Source: an uncultured Acidaminococcales bacterium
GTDB taxonomy: Bacteria; Bacillota; Negativicutes; Acidaminococcales; JAISLQ01
Direction: 5' to 3'
DNA length: 64,000 nt
Assembly (NCBI GenBank): GCA_964551985.1
Contig: CAZKFG010000002.1
Span: 2,845-66,844 of the forward strand
The translations under genes and the position numbers were made by a program. Positions 41,168-51,131 of the stretch are shown here, one piece after another; the first letter of the stretch is position 1; every line of letters starts with the position of its first letter. The notes under the pieces are model-generated. The model searched no databases and was not told where the DNA came from. It was given only the letters and a program-made list of their open reading frames with translations.

Positions 41168-42170
41168 AATCTGCCTCCTTTTTATACATGTTTGAAATTA
41201 AAATGTACAATCCTTCCATAGCAAGTCTTACATTAGATGAACTGCTCAAAGCAAAATAAGTTTTATCAATATTTTCTAAAAACTCTTTAAAATAAGTTAC
41301 ATCAAACTCTTTAAATAATACTTTTATATCTGTCTTTAAATCAATATTACAAATGTTGTCATCATTACAGAAAAGCATTTGCCAACCGTCTTTAGCAAAG
41401 GTTGTCAAGTATTGACAAATTGTCATGGCATCTTCCCGTTCTAATTTTTCTGTAAATGTTGTTGCAAAAAAGTAATCGCCTTGACTACATTTTTGTAAAA
41501 ATTCTAGTGACTGTAATCTTAATTTTTGAATGTGTGGTTCTTTATAATGCAACAATTGTCCGATACAACCATTCGCCAATGAGCATACTATTTGCTCATT
41601 TTCAACCTCTATATTATTATCAACTAAATATTTATGTAGTTGATTATCTGTCAAAGAAAGTGTTTTTAAAATAACCGCTCTTGAAGCGATAGTTGGCAAA
41701 ATAAATTCGCCATCTTGATAAAGCAATAAAAAAATCCAACCTTCAGGTGGCTCTTCCAGTAGTTTTAACAAACTATTGGCAGCAGGCAAAGTGAGCAAAT
41801 GCGCTTTATTTATTATAACTACTCGATATTTTCCCATCTTTGATAAAAAAGCAGCCTCTTTGATTAAAACCCTTACTTGTTCTATGCTGATAGAGTTTTT
41901 TAGCTCTTGAGAATCTTTTTTTTGTTCAGGTTCAATAAAAAAATAATCTGGATGAGCATCTTGCTCAAACAACTTACAAGATAAACACTTTCCACAAGCA
42001 TCTTGACCACTACTACACAAAATAGCTTTGGCAAAAGTTTTTGCTAACATTGTTTTGCCTACACTTTTTGGACCGGCAAGCAAAAAAGCATGCGGTTTTT
42101 GCTCACTTATAAGCACTTTTTTAAAAAATTCTTTTATTTTTTCATGTCCAATAATATCATTCCACCGCAC
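41139..42170 (-). CDS. holB: DNA polymerase III delta-prime subunit
   Basis: HAFLLAGPKSVGKT, Zn module CGKCLSCKLF, NSLLKLLEEPP. GTG start after AAGGTG plus 5 nt. Confidence 0.9.
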   Translation of the reverse strand: MRWNDIIGHEKIKEFFKKVLISEQKPHAFLLAGPKSVGKTMLAKTFAKAILCSSGQDACGKCLSCKLFEQDAHPDYFFIEPEQKKDSQELKNSISIEQVRVLIKEAAFLSKMGKYRVVIINKAHLLTLPAANSLLKLLEEPPEGWIFLLLYQDGEFILPTIASRAVILKTLSLTDNQLHKYLVDNNIEVENEQIVCSLANGCIGQLLHYKEPHIQKLRLQSLEFLQKCSQGDYFFATTFTEKLEREDAMTICQYLTTFAKDGWQMLFCNDDNICNIDLKTDIKVLFKEFDVTYFKEFLENIDKTYFALSSSSNVRLAMEGLYILISNMYKKEADCDYCYRNTI

Positions 42171-42179
42171 AATTACACC

Positions 42180-42629
42180 TTAAATATACAAATCTACAAG
42201 CATTCCGTGTATCGCCCCTAAACGCTCCATTATAGATAATTGTTTCGCTTGTCCACACCTTACATCTTCCGCCAGATTTGCCATTTCATCATCTATTTTT
42301 CTAATAACGCTATACATTTTTTGTCTGCCTCGATTATCCCAACCGAATTTTGTTTCCATAGTATAAGATCTATTGACAGTTTCACCGACAAAATCACGTA
42401 CTAAATTGCGATAGTTGCGAAGTTCTGAATAAGTCGGACTTTGAGTAAGTTTTGAGCCTTGATCTTTTATTTTCTCTAAGAGCTTTTCTAACCTTTGACG
42501 ATAGTTATCATCAATATTTTTGGCTAGCTCAGTCGTAAAAAGTTTTTGCGGCTTTTCTACTTGCTCTACTGTATCACGCTCGCTTTGTATTGCTGCAGCA
42601 GGCATATTAGCATTTGGGTGAACTTTCAT
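42180..42629 (-). CDS. yaaR: YaaR (DUF327) family protein
   Basis: 149 aa, located between tmk and holB as in Bacillus. Charged helical protein. Assigned mainly by synteny and size. Confidence 0.7.
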   Translation of the reverse strand: MKVHPNANMPAAAIQSERDTVEQVEKPQKLFTTELAKNIDDNYRQRLEKLLEKIKDQGSKLTQSPTYSELRNYRNLVRDFVGETVNRSYTMETKFGWDNRGRQKMYSVIRKIDDEMANLAEDVRCGQAKQLSIMERLGAIHGMLVDLYI

Positions 42630-43275
42630 CTTTTTGTCCTCCTTTAATATTTGTCAATTTTTCTTGTACTATTTTAACGATGCTCTCTTGCATCTGTTCA
42701 ATAGTTTTTGTAGCATCTATTATTACTATTTTATCTAGATTTTGTTTGGCTAACTGTAAAAAACCCTGCTGTACAAGCTTTTGAAATTCTAGTCCTTCTT
42801 TTTCTATTCTATCTAGGCTTTTACGCTTTTTTATCCTGTGTGCCAAAAATTCCACTGGTGCATCAAGTACAAAAGTCAAATCTGGTTGCAGCCCATCAGT
42901 AGAAAAAAGGTTAACTGTCTGTAAAACATCTATGCCAAGACCTCTTGCAATTCCTTGATAAACAAACGTAGAGTGGCTAAAGCGATCTGATACTACTATC
43001 TTATCATCTTTCAGCGCAGGCATTATAATTTTATCAACATGTTCACTGCGTGCCGCTAAATATAATAGTGTCTCTGTACGACTGGTCATGTGATTTTCAG
43101 GATCTAACAGAATATTTCTTACCTGCTCACCCGTTTTCGTACCACCAGGCTCTCTTGTTGCTAGTGCATCTATATTATTTTGCTTAAAATACTCCATTAA
43201 AAGTTGAATTTGTGTCGACTTTCCAACACCATCTGCACCTTCAAATGTTAAAAAATAGCCTTTTTTATTTTGCAT
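42607..43275 (-). CDS. tmk: Thymidylate kinase
   Basis: P-loop FEGADGVGKSTQ, TREPGGT, DRFSHST. Confidence 0.95.
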   Translation of the reverse strand: MQNKKGYFLTFEGADGVGKSTQIQLLMEYFKQNNIDALATREPGGTKTGEQVRNILLDPENHMTSRTETLLYLAARSEHVDKIIMPALKDDKIVVSDRFSHSTFVYQGIARGLGIDVLQTVNLFSTDGLQPDLTFVLDAPVEFLAHRIKKRKSLDRIEKEGLEFQKLVQQGFLQLAKQNLDKIVIIDATKTIEQMQESIVKIVQEKLTNIKGGQKDESSPKC

Positions 43276-43276
43276 A

Positions 43277-44686
43277 TTATGCTACCACACTAATATAAAT
43301 TTGTTTTGTTTTACCACTATTTTCTAGATACTGCTTGCAGTATTCAACCAAATCTTGGCTTATAATCTCACCTGGTAAAATTACCGGTATCCCAGGTGGA
43401 TAAAAAGTTATCTCTTGGGTACTTATTTTACCAACAGCCTGACTTAAAAGCATTTTTTTGCTTTTAGCATAAAATGCTTCTCGCGGCGTTATTGCCATTT
43501 GGCATATAGGTATATTAGGTAAAAAAACTTGTTTTTTGCTTTTATGCTTGGACTTTGCCAACTCTTTCAAAACAGAAATACTTTTATCTATATAATTAAT
43601 ATCGTCACAATAAGTCAATAAAAATAGTATATTAAAATTATCTGCTAATTCTACAGCTAATTTATGTTTGCGCAAAAATTCTGCCGCTTTAAAACCTGTA
43701 ATACCAAGCTCTGATACATTAACAGTTACTTTTGTGTAATCAAATAAATTGCTTTTTATCGCTTCTTTAGGTTCAAATAACTTTAATCCATCTATTTTTT
43801 TCATTTCATCTCTCATATATTCGGCAAGAGCAAACGCCCTATCAGCCATTTGCTGACCATGATAGAAAAGCTGATGACACGCTGCATCAAGAGAGGCTAA
43901 TAACAACTGATTAGGACTTGTTGTTGTCAAAAAACTCATTGCTTGTTGAATTTTTTGTATATCTATTCTATTTGAATTTATATGTAAAATAGAGCACTGT
44001 GTCAAAGCACCAACTATCTTGTGCGTGCTTTGGGCGCAAGCATCACAGCCTGCTTGTATAGCCGATTTTGGCAGTTTGCTACTAAACCCTAAGTGTGGAC
44101 CGTGCGCTTCATCCACCAGCATAAATGTTTTTTTCTCTTTGATAATTTTGGCAATTTTTTCTAAATCTGCCCCCACTCCATAATAATTAGGGCTTGTCAA
44201 AAATACTGCTCGAACTTTTTCTTTTGACAATGCTTGTGAAATCTGCTCTGTTAAAATCTGCAAACTAACACCAAACTCATCATCATAATTAGGATATATA
44301 TATATTGGCACAACACCTGTTAAAACAAGCGAACTAATAATGCTTCTATGTGCATTACGTGGCAATAAAATTTTATCACCCTCTTTGAGCGTACCCAAAA
44401 GCATTGCTTGCAAAGCTCCTGTTGTACCATTTACTGAAAAAAAGCTTTTTTTCGCACCATACAAACTTGCCGCTTCTTTTTGCGCTACTTTCAAGGCGTG
44501 ATTTGGACTGTGAATATCATCTAGTTCACTCATCAAAGATACATCCATCTTCAAGCTATCATCTAGTATCTTTTTTAGCTGTTCAAATGCACCACGACCA
44601 CCTTTATGTCCTGGTGTATGAAAAGGATAAACATCTTGTTGTAAATATCCTTGCAATAAAGTCAAAAAAGCGAGTGTATGTTGCAC
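43277..44686 (-). CDS. Fold-I PLP-dependent Orn/Lys/Arg decarboxylase (YaaO/SpeA-like)
   Basis: FHTPGHKGG at the N-terminus and PLP-lysine motif AQSTHKIVGALTQ. GTG start after AGGAG. Conserved position upstream of tmk. Confidence 0.85.
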   Translation of the reverse strand: MQHTLAFLTLLQGYLQQDVYPFHTPGHKGGRGAFEQLKKILDDSLKMDVSLMSELDDIHSPNHALKVAQKEAASLYGAKKSFFSVNGTTGALQAMLLGTLKEGDKILLPRNAHRSIISSLVLTGVVPIYIYPNYDDEFGVSLQILTEQISQALSKEKVRAVFLTSPNYYGVGADLEKIAKIIKEKKTFMLVDEAHGPHLGFSSKLPKSAIQAGCDACAQSTHKIVGALTQCSILHINSNRIDIQKIQQAMSFLTTTSPNQLLLASLDAACHQLFYHGQQMADRAFALAEYMRDEMKKIDGLKLFEPKEAIKSNLFDYTKVTVNVSELGITGFKAAEFLRKHKLAVELADNFNILFLLTYCDDINYIDKSISVLKELAKSKHKSKKQVFLPNIPICQMAITPREAFYAKSKKMLLSQAVGKISTQEITFYPPGIPVILPGEIISQDLVEYCKQYLENSGKTKQIYISVVA

Positions 44687-44798
44687 TTTTATCTCCTAAA
44701 GATATAAAATGTGTAATTTTTATTCTACCATAATATAATACTATAAGCAAATGCAATCAGTCTTTTTCCACTGCTAGACAAAAGCAAAACGAATATAT

Positions 44799-44856
44799 AA
44801 AAAAACAACCTCCAGTGCTTTGCAACTGCAATTTGCAGGTACCAAACTCTCGAGGT
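44799..44856 (-). terminator. Long imperfect hairpin plus T-run; terminator after the fold-III decarboxylase gene
   Basis: Outer stem AACCTC(c/g)AG, an inner palindrome CTGCAA/TTGCAG, then GTTTTTTT in the minus orientation. Lies 16 nt after the stop at 44872. Confidence 0.6.
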
Positions 44857-44871
44857 TATGATAAATATATT

Positions 44872-46047
44872 TTATACAGCCGGAGCAAAAAACAAATCGG
44901 ACAAATTAAAAGCTTCTTTCACTTGCTCCCAAATAATCGTTTTTGCTTTGGAAAATCCATTAAAAGTCGTTGCTGATGCAGAAGAATAAGCCCCACACAT
45001 CGGCACTAAAAGTAAATCATCCATTTCTAATCTAGGCGTTTTTCTATCGCAACAGATAACATCAAGTGAATCACAGCTAGGACCAGCAAAAGTCGCTGTT
45101 ATAGTTTGACCGTCTCTATAGCTAATCAATTGATAATCCCAGTGATCAAACAGCACACCGGAAAATGTTCCATAAACTCCTTCATCTAAAAAGTACCATG
45201 TTTGACAATTTCTTTCACTTACGCCAATTACTTTTGTAAGCATATTCACGGCACTGGCACAAATAAATCGACCAGGTTCAGACCAAATTTCTTTTTCCTC
45301 AAACAGCTCTTCTATGCAATCATTTATCTCATTGAGCATTTGTGCAACATCCACATCATCGTGAATACCTGGTACAGGAAGCCCGCCACCAATATCAAGT
45401 ACAGATAGATTATATCCCATATCTTTTGCTTGATCAAAAATTTCACGGCTTTTATGCAAAGCATTTATATAAGGTTCACTAGATAGTGTTTGGCTACCTA
45501 CGTGAAAGCAAATCCCTAAAACATCCAGTCCCAAACTGCTTGCATATTCAATTAAACCTAAAGCTTTTTCTTGATCTGCACCAAATTTTTTGTTCAAATC
45601 AATTACCGCTTGAGAATTGTAAATTCTAACTCGAAGAAGTACCTTAGCACCCGGATAATGCTGCGATAGTTTTAAAGCTTCACTTTTACTGTCAAAAGTA
45701 AACTTACTAACACCAGCAGATCTGCAAGCATCCAGTCCACCCATAGTTTTAAAAGGATTGGCATAAAGCATTCTATCGCCAGAAATACCCATGTCTGATA
45801 GTTGATTTATCTCACCATCAGAAGCAACATCAAAATTGCCACCAAGATAAGCGATAGTCTCTAATATATTCTTATCAGGGTTTGCCTTGACAGCATAATG
45901 AATCTTTACCCTTGGCATATGTTTTTTTAAAAAAAAGTAATTTTTTTCTATTTGCTCTAAAGACAATATCAAAAGCGGTGTCCCAAAGTTGTCTGCTAAT
46001 TGTTCAACAACATTTGAAGGCAAACGAAAATATGAATTTTTTTTCAT
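44872..46047 (-). CDS. Fold-III PLP-dependent lysine/ornithine decarboxylase
   Basis: HYAVKANPD (PLP lysine), HVGSQ, DIGGGLPVP, WSEPGRFI, AGPSCDSLD. 391 aa with the eukaryote-like ODC architecture described for Selenomonas LDC/ODC. Confidence 0.85.
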   Translation of the reverse strand: MKKNSYFRLPSNVVEQLADNFGTPLLILSLEQIEKNYFFLKKHMPRVKIHYAVKANPDKNILETIAYLGGNFDVASDGEINQLSDMGISGDRMLYANPFKTMGGLDACRSAGVSKFTFDSKSEALKLSQHYPGAKVLLRVRIYNSQAVIDLNKKFGADQEKALGLIEYASSLGLDVLGICFHVGSQTLSSEPYINALHKSREIFDQAKDMGYNLSVLDIGGGLPVPGIHDDVDVAQMLNEINDCIEELFEEKEIWSEPGRFICASAVNMLTKVIGVSERNCQTWYFLDEGVYGTFSGVLFDHWDYQLISYRDGQTITATFAGPSCDSLDVICCDRKTPRLEMDDLLLVPMCGAYSSASATTFNGFSKAKTIIWEQVKEAFNLSDLFFAPAV

Positions 46048-46183
46048 TTATAACCTCCTCATAAAAGCTTATTTTTGTTTAGCATTATAAAATAAAATGT
46101 TTAATATCGTTTAAATTTTACCACAATTTTTAAAAAGTGCAATAGATAAAACAAAAATTTTTCAATTATTTTTCAATATATTA

Positions 46184-46211
46184 AAAATAGCACTATTTCT
46201 AGTGCTATTTT
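46184..46211 (-). terminator. Rho-independent terminator after serS
   Basis: AAAATAGCACTA-tttc-TAGTGCTATTTT, 30 nt after the serS stop. Confidence 0.75.
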
Positions 46212-46241
46212 ATGAGAAAAAAATTTACTATTGTTAAACTT

Positions 46242-47510
46242 TTACTTAATAATATCTGTTCCCATATAAGATTGTAAAGCTTTCGGAATAAGCACGCTAC
46301 CATCGGCTTGTTGGTAGTTTTCCAAAATAGCCGATACTGTTCTTCCAATTGCAAGTCCAGAGCCATTTAATGTATGTACATATTCTGGTTTTGCCTTACT
46401 ATCGCGTCTAAAACGAATATCTGCACGTCTTGCTTGAAAATCAGCAAAATTAGAGCAAGAGGATATCTCTCTATATTTATTAGCGCTTGGCAACCAAACC
46501 TCTATATCATAAGTCATAGCCGAAGCAAAGCCCATATCACCTGTACAAAGTCTCACTATGCGATACGGTAATTCCAGTAGTTGCAATACTGTTTGTGCAT
46601 CATTGGTTAGTTTTTCCAGCTCGTCATAAGAATTTTCCGGCAAAGAAAATTTCACAAGCTCTACTTTGTTAAATTGATGTAATCTGATTAGCCCTCTTGT
46701 ATCTCGCCCTGCAGCCCCCGCTTCACTTCTAAAGCACGCACTATAAGCTGTATAACATAATGGCAAATCACTCACTTGTAATATTTCACCGCGATGCAAA
46801 TTAGTTACAGGCACTTCCGCCGTCGGAATAAGGTAGTAGTCTAATCCTTCAAGTTTAAAAGCATCTTGTGCAAATTTAGGTAATTGACCAGTACCTGTCA
46901 TACTCTCTTGATTGGCAATAAACGGTGGGAAAAATTCTGTATAACCATGTTTTTGAGTGTGTAAGTCAAGCATAAAATTAATCAAAGCCCGCTCTAATCT
47001 TGCGCCTAGAGCGCGATAAAAAACAAATCTAGCCCCAGTTACTTTACCTGCACGCTCAAAATCTAAGATATTTAAATTCTCGCCAATTTCCCAGTGTGCT
47101 TTTGGTTCAAAATCAAACCGTCTTATATCTCCCCATTGTTTGACCTCTACATTATCATTTTCATCTTTACCTACAGACACCTTATCGCTTGGAATATTTG
47201 GCAAACTCATCACTATTTTTTGCAAACCTTCTTCTACTTGGCGCAAATTATTATCATAACTTGCTATGTCATCGCCTAAACTGCGCATAGCAACTATTTT
47301 ATCATCAGCATTGCCGCCTGCTTTTTTAATTTGACTGATTTCTTGAGATACTTGATTACGTTCACTTTTCAAGCTTTCAACAGTTGTCAAAATAAGTCGT
47401 CTTTGTCTTTCCAAATTTAAAAATTCATCTAATGCCATAGGCATATTCCTATTTTTTAAAGCCGCCTCTACAAGTTCACGGTTTTCTCTTATAAATTTTA
47501 TGTCGAGCAT
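46242..47510 (-). CDS. serS: Serine--tRNA ligase
   Basis: N-terminal coiled-coil arm. Class II motifs [21 protein letters not shown] and [15 protein letters not shown]. Confidence 0.97.
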   Translation of the reverse strand: MLDIKFIRENRELVEAALKNRNMPMALDEFLNLERQRRLILTTVESLKSERNQVSQEISQIKKAGGNADDKIVAMRSLGDDIASYDNNLRQVEEGLQKIVMSLPNIPSDKVSVGKDENDNVEVKQWGDIRRFDFEPKAHWEIGENLNILDFERAGKVTGARFVFYRALGARLERALINFMLDLHTQKHGYTEFFPPFIANQESMTGTGQLPKFAQDAFKLEGLDYYLIPTAEVPVTNLHRGEILQVSDLPLCYTAYSACFRSEAGAAGRDTRGLIRLHQFNKVELVKFSLPENSYDELEKLTNDAQTVLQLLELPYRIVRLCTGDMGFASAMTYDIEVWLPSANKYREISSCSNFADFQARRADIRFRRDSKAKPEYVHTLNGSGLAIGRTVSAILENYQQADGSVLIPKALQSYMGTDIIK

Positions 47511-47648
47511 AATAAACCCCTTTCAGAAAATTAACAAAACTTTTTTCTTTCACTTATTTTAGCACAAAAATTTATATTTTAAAATAAAAAAGGATTACAG
47601 ACAACAACAATAAAAATATTATATAATTATAAAAAAGGAGAATTTTTT

Positions 47649-48296
47649 ATGACTGATAAAAATCTATCTTTAAAATATTTATCTGAAAAATTAAACGACT
47701 GCTCGTTGTGTGAATTAAGAGCTGATTGTATATCGCCTGTCGGTTGGTTTGGCAATCCTGACAGCCCACTTGTAATTGTTGGGGAAGGTCCAGGACGAAC
47801 AGAAGATGAATATGGCTGTCCACTAATTGGTCAATCAGGTCAACTTTTAGACAAAGCTCTTTTTGCTGCCCAAATGACTCGCGATCGCATAATGACAACA
47901 AATGTTGTAAAGTGTCGCCCTAAAAATAACAAAACCCCCTCTATAAAAGAAGGGGCTTTTTGTGCCAGCAATTGGCTGGACAAAGAACTTGAGATAATTA
48001 AACCTGCTGTGGTTGTTGCACTTGGCTCCGTTGCCCTTCATTATCTTGGTGATAGTGACAAAAAAATCACCAAAGAACGCGGATTATGGTTTAAAACAAG
48101 AACAGGCATTGATTGTATTACTACATATCATCCAGCTTATTTATTGCGCCTTAGTGGCGACAGTCTGAAAAAAGCAAAATGGGACGTATTTAACGATCTG
48201 ACAAGTGCTTTAAATAGAGCAAAAGAGGCAAATCCTGATTATCAATTCAAAAGTGATGAACCAACAGATTTATTTAAACTATTTAGTAAGCGTTAA
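47649..48296 (+). CDS. Family-4 uracil-DNA glycosylase (4Fe-4S type)
   Basis: CSLCELRADC, VIVGEGPGRTEDEYGCPLIGQSGQLL, HPAYLLR. Confidence 0.9.
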   Translation: MTDKNLSLKYLSEKLNDCSLCELRADCISPVGWFGNPDSPLVIVGEGPGRTEDEYGCPLIGQSGQLLDKALFAAQMTRDRIMTTNVVKCRPKNNKTPSIKEGAFCASNWLDKELEIIKPAVVVALGSVALHYLGDSDKKITKERGLWFKTRTGIDCITTYHPAYLLRLSGDSLKKAKWDVFNDLTSALNRAKEANPDYQFKSDEPTDLFKLFSKR

Positions 48297-49133
48297 ATAA
48301 GTTATCGCAGATAATGCAGCTATTTGTCCTTGTCCTGCAGCCCGATTTATTTGCCAAGGTCTTCCAGTCAGATCACCTGCTGCATAAACACCTTTTATGT
48401 TGGTATTCATCTGCTCGTCTACCTTGACAAAATTATTCTCTATCGCTAAGCCTTCTACAAGACTACTTAAGGCAACACCATTTTTAAAAATAAAGACCCC
48501 ATCAACACTGTGCGTATTCTTATCAGTTTTTAATCCATTTACAGAATCTGTACCCAAAATTGCTTGTGGTTTTTCTCTGACAATTTGTAAATTAGGTTTT
48601 TCGAGATAATCTCCGTCATATCCAGGGAAAAACAAAACTTTTTCGCAAATGTCTGTTAAAAATAATACTTCTTCTTCGCTCTCTTTATGCTCAGCAATAG
48701 CTGCGACGGTTTTACCTTTAAAAATGAGTCCATCGCACGTAGCACAATAGCTAACGCCACGACCTAAAAAGTCGTCTTCACCTTTTAATGTTTTGCCAAC
48801 TTGCGAACCCATTGTCAAAATTACAGTATTAGCATTGTAAATTTCTTGCGTTGTTGACAAAATAAATTCTTTATCTGCTGGATAAATTGTCAAAATTTTA
48901 TCTTGAACAATATGCGCTCCGCGCACTGTGATGTGTTCGGTAAATCTATCCATAAGTTCTTTACCACTGACTCCCGGAAGTCCTAAATAATTTTCAATAG
49001 AGTGGCTTTTATAAAGCACATTGCTACCAATAAGCGTTTCAAACACTACTACCGATTTATTTCTTTGCCTTGCAGTAAGTGCTGCAGACAAACCAGCAGG
49101 TCCGGCACCGACAATTGCTATATCATATACCAT
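48279..49133 (-). CDS. Thioredoxin-reductase-like flavoprotein lacking the NAD(P)H-binding motifs
   Basis: FAD motif IVGAGPAGLSAA and redox CATC (SYCATCDG). The position of GGGxxA/HRRxxxR reads AIAEHKESEEE...FPGYDGD. Start set at M4 (49133). The 3' end overlaps the UDG 3' end by 18 nt. Confidence 0.75.
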   Translation of the reverse strand: MVYDIAIVGAGPAGLSAALTARQRNKSVVVFETLIGSNVLYKSHSIENYLGLPGVSGKELMDRFTEHITVRGAHIVQDKILTIYPADKEFILSTTQEIYNANTVILTMGSQVGKTLKGEDDFLGRGVSYCATCDGLIFKGKTVAAIAEHKESEEEVLFLTDICEKVLFFPGYDGDYLEKPNLQIVREKPQAILGTDSVNGLKTDKNTHSVDGVFIFKNGVALSSLVEGLAIENNFVKVDEQMNTNIKGVYAAGDLTGRPWQINRAAGQGQIAALSAITYLTLTK

Positions 49134-49202
49134 AAATATCATTCCTTATTTTAAAATTTCTTTATATATATTTTATCATCTATCATAAATATAACAAGTA
49201 AA

Positions 49203-49228
49203 AAAAGAACCATTAAAATGGTTCTTTT
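49203..49228 (-). terminator. Rho-independent terminator after the C39-like peptidase gene
   Basis: AAAAGAACCATT-aa-AATGGTTCTTTT flanked by an A-run and a T-run, 7 nt after the stop at 49235. Confidence 0.75.
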
Positions 49229-49234
49229 TGTCAT

Positions 49235-50017
49235 TTATTTTTTACTTGGCAAGCCTGTAACTGCCACGTATTGTTGAATATGTTCTGTTTTTGGCAAAAC
49301 ATTGTAATCAAACCACTCATAAAAAAATCTAGCAAAGCTTATTGTTCCATAACCATCTTGGTTATGGTCTGTAGTGTCATAAGGATCAGCAATAACAAGT
49401 ATATCATCAGACATATCTTCTGTTCCCATATCATCATAACCAATAACTACAAACCAATGCCCACCCCAAGCGACATTTTCACAAATTATTGGCAGCCCTT
49501 GACTAAGCTGATTTTTAACAAAATCTCTAAATTTTTCTATATCCTGAAAACTATGCCCATCTTTATCGGCTGTTTGTAGTGAGGTTTGAACTATAAAACC
49601 TCTAGAAGTTAAAGCATCAGCTAGGCTTTTTGTTGTAGCACCAAAAGAACCGTCTTCTCTTTTATTGTCATAATAGCGAATGTCCATTTGCTTATCTAAG
49701 GTTTTCTCATCAGCTTTTATGCCGTAATAATCCAGCACCATTAAAATAGTCGCCGCACCACAGGACCGCTCTGATGTTTGCTGGTAAGTTTTAAATTTAG
49801 GCAATAATAAAATAGTCTGTGTCGGTTTCTTATTATAATAATCTACCGCTATATAATAGGGCGATTTTGCAACATTAGCTTTTCCATTTTGAGCTGCCGC
49901 AGCCAAAACTTTATCATCAACAGGAGCAGTGATGCTTATTTTATTATTAGCTAAAATAGTAGTGGCGGTTGAAAAAACCATTATTGCAAGCAACAGAAAA
50001 ATATTTAAAACTCTCAT
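49235..50017 (-). CDS. Exported papain-fold cysteine peptidase (peptidase C39-like family)
   Basis: Signal peptide MRVLNIFLLLAIMVFSTATTILA. Candidate catalytic residues are Cys in SERSCGAATILMVLDYYG, His in WGGHWFVVIGYD and Asp in IADPYD. Confidence 0.7.
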   Translation of the reverse strand: MRVLNIFLLLAIMVFSTATTILANNKISITAPVDDKVLAAAAQNGKANVAKSPYYIAVDYYNKKPTQTILLLPKFKTYQQTSERSCGAATILMVLDYYGIKADEKTLDKQMDIRYYDNKREDGSFGATTKSLADALTSRGFIVQTSLQTADKDGHSFQDIEKFRDFVKNQLSQGLPIICENVAWGGHWFVVIGYDDMGTEDMSDDILVIADPYDTTDHNQDGYGTISFARFFYEWFDYNVLPKTEHIQQYVAVTGLPSKK

Positions 50018-50026
50018 ATATACCTC

Positions 50027-51112
50027 TTATTTATTTTCTTTGTAAAAATCGTTCATAAAGGTAGCCAAGTCTTCACAGCCTTTTATTGGCATATAGTTGT
50101 ACATAGAAATTCTAAGCCCACCAACCACTCTATGTCCTTTTACACCCACAAAGCCTTTTTGCATAGCTTTATCAATAAAGTCTTTTTCTAATTGTTCATT
50201 TTTCAATCTAAGTGTCGCATTCATCATTGAACGACTATCCTTTTGAGCGTGCCCCAGATAAAAATCAGGATAACTATCTATAACATCATAAATCAACTTT
50301 GCTTTTGCATCATTTAGTTTACCCATAGCTTCAAGTCCACCTTGAGCTTTAAGCCACTTTAAAACCTTACTCATAACATACACTGTAAATACCGGTGGTG
50401 TATTAAACAATGAATTGTTTTTGGCATAAACTTTGTAGCTAAAAAAATCAGCTAGATTATCATTGCATTTATCCAAAAGGTCTTTTTTAATTACAACAAC
50501 CGCGCCACCAGCAGGTCCTAAATTTTTTTGGATACCGGCATAAATAAGCGAAAACTTTTTAGCATCAAAAGTATGACTCAAAAAATCTGATGACATATCT
50601 GCAACTAAAGTACAATCGCCAAAATCTGGATACTCGCGCCAAGCAGTACCAAAGATAGTATTGTTTGTCGTTATATGTAAATAAGCCTGATTAGGACTCA
50701 TATTTAGCTCGCTAACCTTTGGCACTCTTTTAAAACCTTCTTGCTCAAGATCAACTGCAGCGTGCGTTTTTCCATAAAACTTTGCTTGATCAAAAGCTCT
50801 TTGAGCAAATTCACCTGTAACAACATAATCTGCTACTTTATCTTTGCTAAGCAAATTCATCGGCACAAGAGAAAACTGCATTGTAGCACCGCCTTGAACA
50901 AAGACCACTTTATAATCATCACCTAAGCCCATAAGTTCTTTTAAGTCTTTTTCTGCCTGTTCGTTTAGCTGCTCATATTGCTTAGCTCTATGACTTGTTT
51001 CAATTATAGACATACCTGAATTTTGAAAATCTAAAAATTCTGCCTGCACCTCTTTTAAAACTTCTAATGGCAAAGTTGCAGGGCCTGGGTTGAAATTATA
51101 AACTCTATTCAT
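50027..51112 (-). CDS. serC: Phosphoserine aminotransferase
   Basis: YNFNPGPATLP, and the PLP lysine in GIQKNLGPAGG. Start set at MNRVYNF (51112). Confidence 0.93.
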   Translation of the reverse strand: MNRVYNFNPGPATLPLEVLKEVQAEFLDFQNSGMSIIETSHRAKQYEQLNEQAEKDLKELMGLGDDYKVVFVQGGATMQFSLVPMNLLSKDKVADYVVTGEFAQRAFDQAKFYGKTHAAVDLEQEGFKRVPKVSELNMSPNQAYLHITTNNTIFGTAWREYPDFGDCTLVADMSSDFLSHTFDAKKFSLIYAGIQKNLGPAGGAVVVIKKDLLDKCNDNLADFFSYKVYAKNNSLFNTPPVFTVYVMSKVLKWLKAQGGLEAMGKLNDAKAKLIYDVIDSYPDFYLGHAQKDSRSMMNATLRLKNEQLEKDFIDKAMQKGFVGVKGHRVVGGLRISMYNYMPIKGCEDLATFMNDFYKENK

Positions 51113-51131
51113 ACACACACCTACTTTAATT

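Noticed and set aside
47511-47648. T-box leaders upstream of serS, and likewise metG at 38754
   Set aside because: The serS upstream region is only 138 nt, shared with the divergent UDG promoter, and lacks a T-box sequence (AAnnnGGGTGGTACCGCG-like) or a terminator/antiterminator pair. The metG start overlaps rsmI by 4 nt, so it has no leader at all.
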